NCBI GenBank assembly: GCA_964554315.1
Contig: CAZKOI010000001.1
Span: 1-47,860, forward strand
Length of the DNA: 47,860 bases
Reading direction: 5' to 3'
Source: an uncultured Enterobacterales bacterium
GTDB lineage: Bacteria; Myxococcota_A; UBA796
The translations under genes and the position numbers were made by a program. Shown here one piece after another: positions 44,637 through 47,860 of the stretch. The stretch's first letter is position 1. Each line of letters starts with the position of its first letter. The notes under the pieces are model-generated. The model saw nothing but the letters and a program-made list of their open reading frames with translations, was not told the origin of the DNA and did no database searches.

Positions 44637-45554
44637 GTGAACCAAGCAGACCACGAGGATCGTAGCATCGCGCGCCTGATGACGGCGTCGATCGCAGAGC
44701 AAGCCGAGACGATGGCGAGCTGGGGGATGGACCGGGTCGGCCTCTTGATTCTCATGAGCCCCTGTCACGGTCGGTGCATCTTCTGCGCCCAGCCCGCAGT
44801 CACTCACCCTCCGCCCGAGGACTGGACCCCTTGGACACAGGTCTCCCGCTACCTGGAGGGCAACCGTGCCGCCGCGCTGCGGGGCCTCTGCATCGGCGGA
44901 ACCGAGCCCACCAGTCATCCGGACTTCGCGCGCACCCTCGAGCTGGCCGGCGACGTAGGCTTCGAGCACATCGAGCTGATGACCTCAGGCCTGACCCTCA
45001 GCGAGCCGAACGTGGCCGAGGACTGGGTGGCCTCCGGCATACGCAGTGTCGCCGTGCCCATCTACGGACATGAGGCCCTTCATCACAACCGTGTGGTCGG
45101 GGTCCCTGCCTTTGACCGGCTCGTGGCGGGCCTGGATGCTGCTCGCCGTGCCGGAATCACCGTCCACGCTCACACCCTGGCGCTGGCGGAGACGCTCCCT
45201 ATTCTCGGGGATCTCGCCGAGTTCGTGACCTCGCGTTGGGGAACGCCGCTGACCCTCGCGCCCGCTCGACCGAAAGACGCTGTCTGGGACTACCGGGGGA
45301 GAGCCCCCAGCCTCGTGGACATCAGCCGCCACATCGACGGCGTGCCCGAGGCTCATCTCCAGCTGACGGGATGGCCTTCCTGCCTGACCCCCTCACGACG
45401 CCGCGGTGCCGCGACAGTGATGAGGCTGTATTTCCTGGGGCAATCTCGAAGCTTTCACCCATCCTGCAGCAACTGTCAGGCTCAGCCGTCGTGTCCCGGC
45501 GTTGTCAGCACGCTCCTTGAGCGCGATGGAGCCCGCGGCCTCACCCCCGCCTAG
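44637..45554 (+). CDS. Radical SAM protein with partial SPASM/twitch-like C-terminal Cys motif
   Basis: CxxxCxxC in LILMSPCHGRCIFCAQ and a GGTEPT block. The C-terminal CSNCQAQPSCPG gives CxxCxxxxxC. Start uncertain: GTG 44637, or ATG at 44679, 44712 or 44727. Confidence 0.8.
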   Translation: MNQADHEDRSIARLMTASIAEQAETMASWGMDRVGLLILMSPCHGRCIFCAQPAVTHPPPEDWTPWTQVSRYLEGNRAAALRGLCIGGTEPTSHPDFARTLELAGDVGFEHIELMTSGLTLSEPNVAEDWVASGIRSVAVPIYGHEALHHNRVVGVPAFDRLVAGLDAARRAGITVHAHTLALAETLPILGDLAEFVTSRWGTPLTLAPARPKDAVWDYRGRAPSLVDISRHIDGVPEAHLQLTGWPSCLTPSRRRGAATVMRLYFLGQSRSFHPSCSNCQAQPSCPGVVSTLLERDGARGLTPA

Positions 45555-45586
45555 GTCGAGTTTGTTACGCAGGGTCCTCGCCTTCT

Positions 45587-46327
45587 TTGGCCTCAGGTGG
45601 TTCGATGTCCTCTCCCCTAATCGCATGCTTCTCCCTCCTCATCGCTCTCGTCTCGGGCACCGCCCAGGCCGAGACCCGCTGCGAGTGGCTTGAAGATCTG
45701 CCCAAGACCCCGTTCGATCAAGAGCAGGTGGTGGCCTGCCCCAATGAAGTGCTGGAGTATGTCTACTGGTACACCAACGGCATCCGTCGAAAGAGCCGGA
45801 CCTACGCCCAGATGGGCTCGGGCGTCTGGCGCTCGGCCAAGAGCCCTTACGCAACCGATGATCCCTGTGCCACGGGCTTCGTTCACCACAGCGACGGACA
45901 GCCCATGGGGGGCCTCCCCGAGGATGTTCGCTCTCGCTGGACAGAGCCCGACCCTGAGGTTCAGGAATTCAATGCGTTCTTGACCAAGGTTGGCACACCC
46001 GAGTGCGACATCAAGGACCCGAAGTACGGCTACTGGTGCCACCTCCTCGCGGACGCGCCGCCGACGGTCAAGCCCCTCGAGGAAGAAGGCGAGTCATGCC
46101 TGACAGCGGATCTTGAGGATCTGTATCAGTGCTTCCCCAAGCGCCGCTCGGTCACGGCAGCCTACCTGGCCGAGCAGACCAACAAGATGCTTCTCCTCGA
46201 GTGGCTCCTCATCCACCGGGTGGGCTTCGACCCCGCTCGACAATACCTGATCTCTCTTCCACAGGTCTCAACGCATCGCCGCGAGCTGAACCTGGTTGCC
46301 AAGTACCGCATCTGCACACGGGACTAA
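45587..46327 (+). CDS. Secreted Cys-rich protein of unknown function
   Basis: Signal peptide (MSSPLIACFSLLIALVSGTAQA), 8 Cys in the mature part and no recognised domain. It lies 32 nt downstream of the third radical SAM gene on the same strand. An alternative ATG is at 45605. Confidence 0.6.
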   Translation: MASGGSMSSPLIACFSLLIALVSGTAQAETRCEWLEDLPKTPFDQEQVVACPNEVLEYVYWYTNGIRRKSRTYAQMGSGVWRSAKSPYATDDPCATGFVHHSDGQPMGGLPEDVRSRWTEPDPEVQEFNAFLTKVGTPECDIKDPKYGYWCHLLADAPPTVKPLEEEGESCLTADLEDLYQCFPKRRSVTAAYLAEQTNKMLLLEWLLIHRVGFDPARQYLISLPQVSTHRRELNLVAKYRICTRD

Positions 46328-46343
46328 AGTCCGGTCGCTCGGG

Positions 46344-47860
46344 TCACGTCGGCGACGGTGCCACTGTCTGGGTTCGTGTCCCTCGTGTCGCTGCCCACAC
46401 TGAGAAAGCCATGAAGGCCGTGAACTGCGGCCCATAGGCGCCGAACCACCACCCGATGACCGGGAGCAACCCCGTCGAAACGATCGCACCGCCCCACACT
46501 ACGAGGCGCTGACGCGGCGATCGGCGCTCGCCCAGAATCGGCTGATGGCCTGCCCCCCTCATGCGGATCCAGATGAGGAGGGCCGCCGGGAGTCCAATCG
46601 CCGCGGGGAGGAACACCGGATCGATGCCATCGCCGTGTAAACCCAGGGCGCCCCGCACCAGGATCACCCCCAGAGCGTACCCCATCACGCTGGTGGCCCA
46701 CGGTAGACGTGCTCCGCGAATGGGGCGCAGGCCCTTCCAGAGCATGACCAAGAGCATCCAGCCCGGCATGACGACGAACACCAAGCCAATGAGGTTCGCC
46801 GAGAAGATATCCTCCGCATCCTCGGGAAAGGGCGACCGATAGGCCTTGCCGCGCATGACGTCGATGATGCGACGGGCGACGGTGGACGCGGACACCGCCA
46901 TGACGCCGCGATTAACGAGAACGGTCACGGTCGTGTTCCAGGCAGGGATCGTGCTGACATGGGCACTGAAGCCGTGGGGCTCAAGCGCCCCGTTGTGCCA
47001 ATACTCACGGATGCCATCGCGCGCTCTCAGCCCAATGCCGAGCCCGTAGCTCTCATCCGTCGAGCGGGGTCGGAGCATCTCAACGAGCACCTCAGACGGG
47101 ATGATCTCGCCCGCTGTGAGCGCCTGGAAGAAGCGGGTAAGCTCGGCCGGGGTAGAAAAGGCATGTCCGGCGGCCCCAACTCGACTGGGCGCGTCGGCGG
47201 GAAGACCCAGCCACTGAGTCGAGGCCAGCGCCTCACTGCCGATGGTGATGTTCATCGGCGCGACACGGTTAAAGAAGTCGTCCACGCGCGCGGGCTCTGT
47301 CCCTGTTCGCTTCAGACCCAGCGGAGCAAGCAGACGCCGCTGGATGATCTCGTCGTAGGTGCCCTGGTCTTTGGCCATGACCAGGAGTCCTGCCAGGTTG
47401 TAGCCAACATTGGAGTACTCGCTCTTCGATCCCGGCGTGAAGTCCAGCTCAATGTGACGGGCCTCCTCGAGAAAGGCCGTGCGGACCGATGCGTCGCGCA
47501 GCGGATCCCGGCCGACCTTCATCTCAAGACTCAGGGCCTCCCGCGGAAATCCACACTCATGCGCCAGCAGACGTCCGACCGTGCATGCCTCCCCCTCCCT
47601 CGACGCATCGGAGGGCGACCAGCCGGGGAGGTGCGCACCAATGGGGTCATCCAGCCCCAGCCGACCCTCCTCGACGAGATGCAGCACCGCCGTGCTGCAG
47701 AGGGTCTTCGAGATCGAACCGAGCCAAAAAATGGAGTCCTGACCGAGCGGCTCACCGCCGACGTCGGTGCCCTCACTGACCGAGAACACCACCTCGCCCT
47801 CAACCTCAACCCGAATCGCCCCACTAAACCACCGCAAGAAGCCGGGATCATTCAGCAAGT
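46344..47860 (-). CDS. Beta-lactamase-fold serine hydrolase (class C/PBP4*-like) fused to a C-terminal polytopic membrane domain (N-terminus probably outside window)
   Basis: SxxK (GSISKT), YxN (YSNVGY) and HNG third motif, followed by ~4-5 hydrophobic helices in the last ~170 aa. The reading frame is open to the window edge. Confidence 0.75.
   Translation of the reverse strand, partial: LLNDPGFLRWFSGAIRVEVEGEVVFSVSEGTDVGGEPLGQDSIFWLGSISKTLCSTAVLHLVEEGRLGLDDPIGAHLPGWSPSDASREGEACTVGRLLAHECGFPREALSLEMKVGRDPLRDASVRTAFLEEARHIELDFTPGSKSEYSNVGYNLAGLLVMAKDQGTYDEIIQRRLLAPLGLKRTGTEPARVDDFFNRVAPMNITIGSEALASTQWLGLPADAPSRVGAAGHAFSTPAELTRFFQALTAGEIIPSEVLVEMLRPRSTDESYGLGIGLRARDGIREYWHNGALEPHGFSAHVSTIPAWNTTVTVLVNRGVMAVSASTVARRIIDVMRGKAYRSPFPEDAEDIFSANLIGLVFVVMPGWMLLVMLWKGLRPIRGARLPWATSVMGYALGVILVRGALGLHGDGIDPVFLPAAIGLPAALLIWIRMRGAGHQPILGERRSPRQRLVVWGGAIVSTGLLPVIGWWFGAYGPQFTAFMAFSVWAATRGTRTQTVAPSPT

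Noticed and set aside
1-47860. Mobile elements, prophage, toxin-antitoxin or known defence-system genes
   Set aside because: No transposase, integrase, recombinase, terminal inverted repeat, phage structural gene, nuclease-helicase pair or small TA-like pair was recognisable in any frame.

Overview
High-GC, gene-dense chromosomal segment with about 47 protein genes. It is most likely from a member of Myxococcota, because one secreted protein carries a MYXO-CTERM-type sorting tail. I saw no rRNA, tRNA, transposase, integrase or CRISPR array.

The first ~21 kb is dominated by outer-membrane and lipid A biogenesis, split into three blocks. These are lolD-bamA-skp-lpxD-fabZ (+), a waaA::lpxK fusion followed by an lpxL-like gene (-), and a translationally coupled lpxA / Gfo-Idh-MocA oxidoreductase / asparaginase-like / lpxB / GT2 / msbA string (-).

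The middle holds envelope and stress housekeeping genes: hspQ, a ParA-like ATPase, plant-type glutamate-cysteine ligase, a thioredoxin-fold lipoprotein, a double-parvulin PPIase, an S1 protease, xthA, a MATE pump, an M14 carboxypeptidase, hslO, an SGNH/GT-C/alpha-beta-hydrolase operon and yaaA.

The last ~9 kb (38.85-47.86 kb) begins at a striking ~80-nt AT-rich tract and looks accessory. It holds the two most interesting observations.
1. A thioredoxin-fold lipoprotein gene has a long (Asp-Ala)n tract, and the first Cys of its CxxC motif is replaced by an in-frame TGA (40030-40032). The TGA aligns without gaps to the WCGPC motif of a paralog in the same window, so this is a candidate selenoprotein.
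2. A compact cluster encodes three radical-SAM enzymes: one B12-binding, one SPASM-less, and one with a partial SPASM/twitch Cys motif. It also encodes a coupled 252-aa unknown protein and two exported Cys-rich proteins, with no recognisable precursor peptide.

All functional calls rest on motif recognition by eye and on gene context. No database searches or RNA folding were run.
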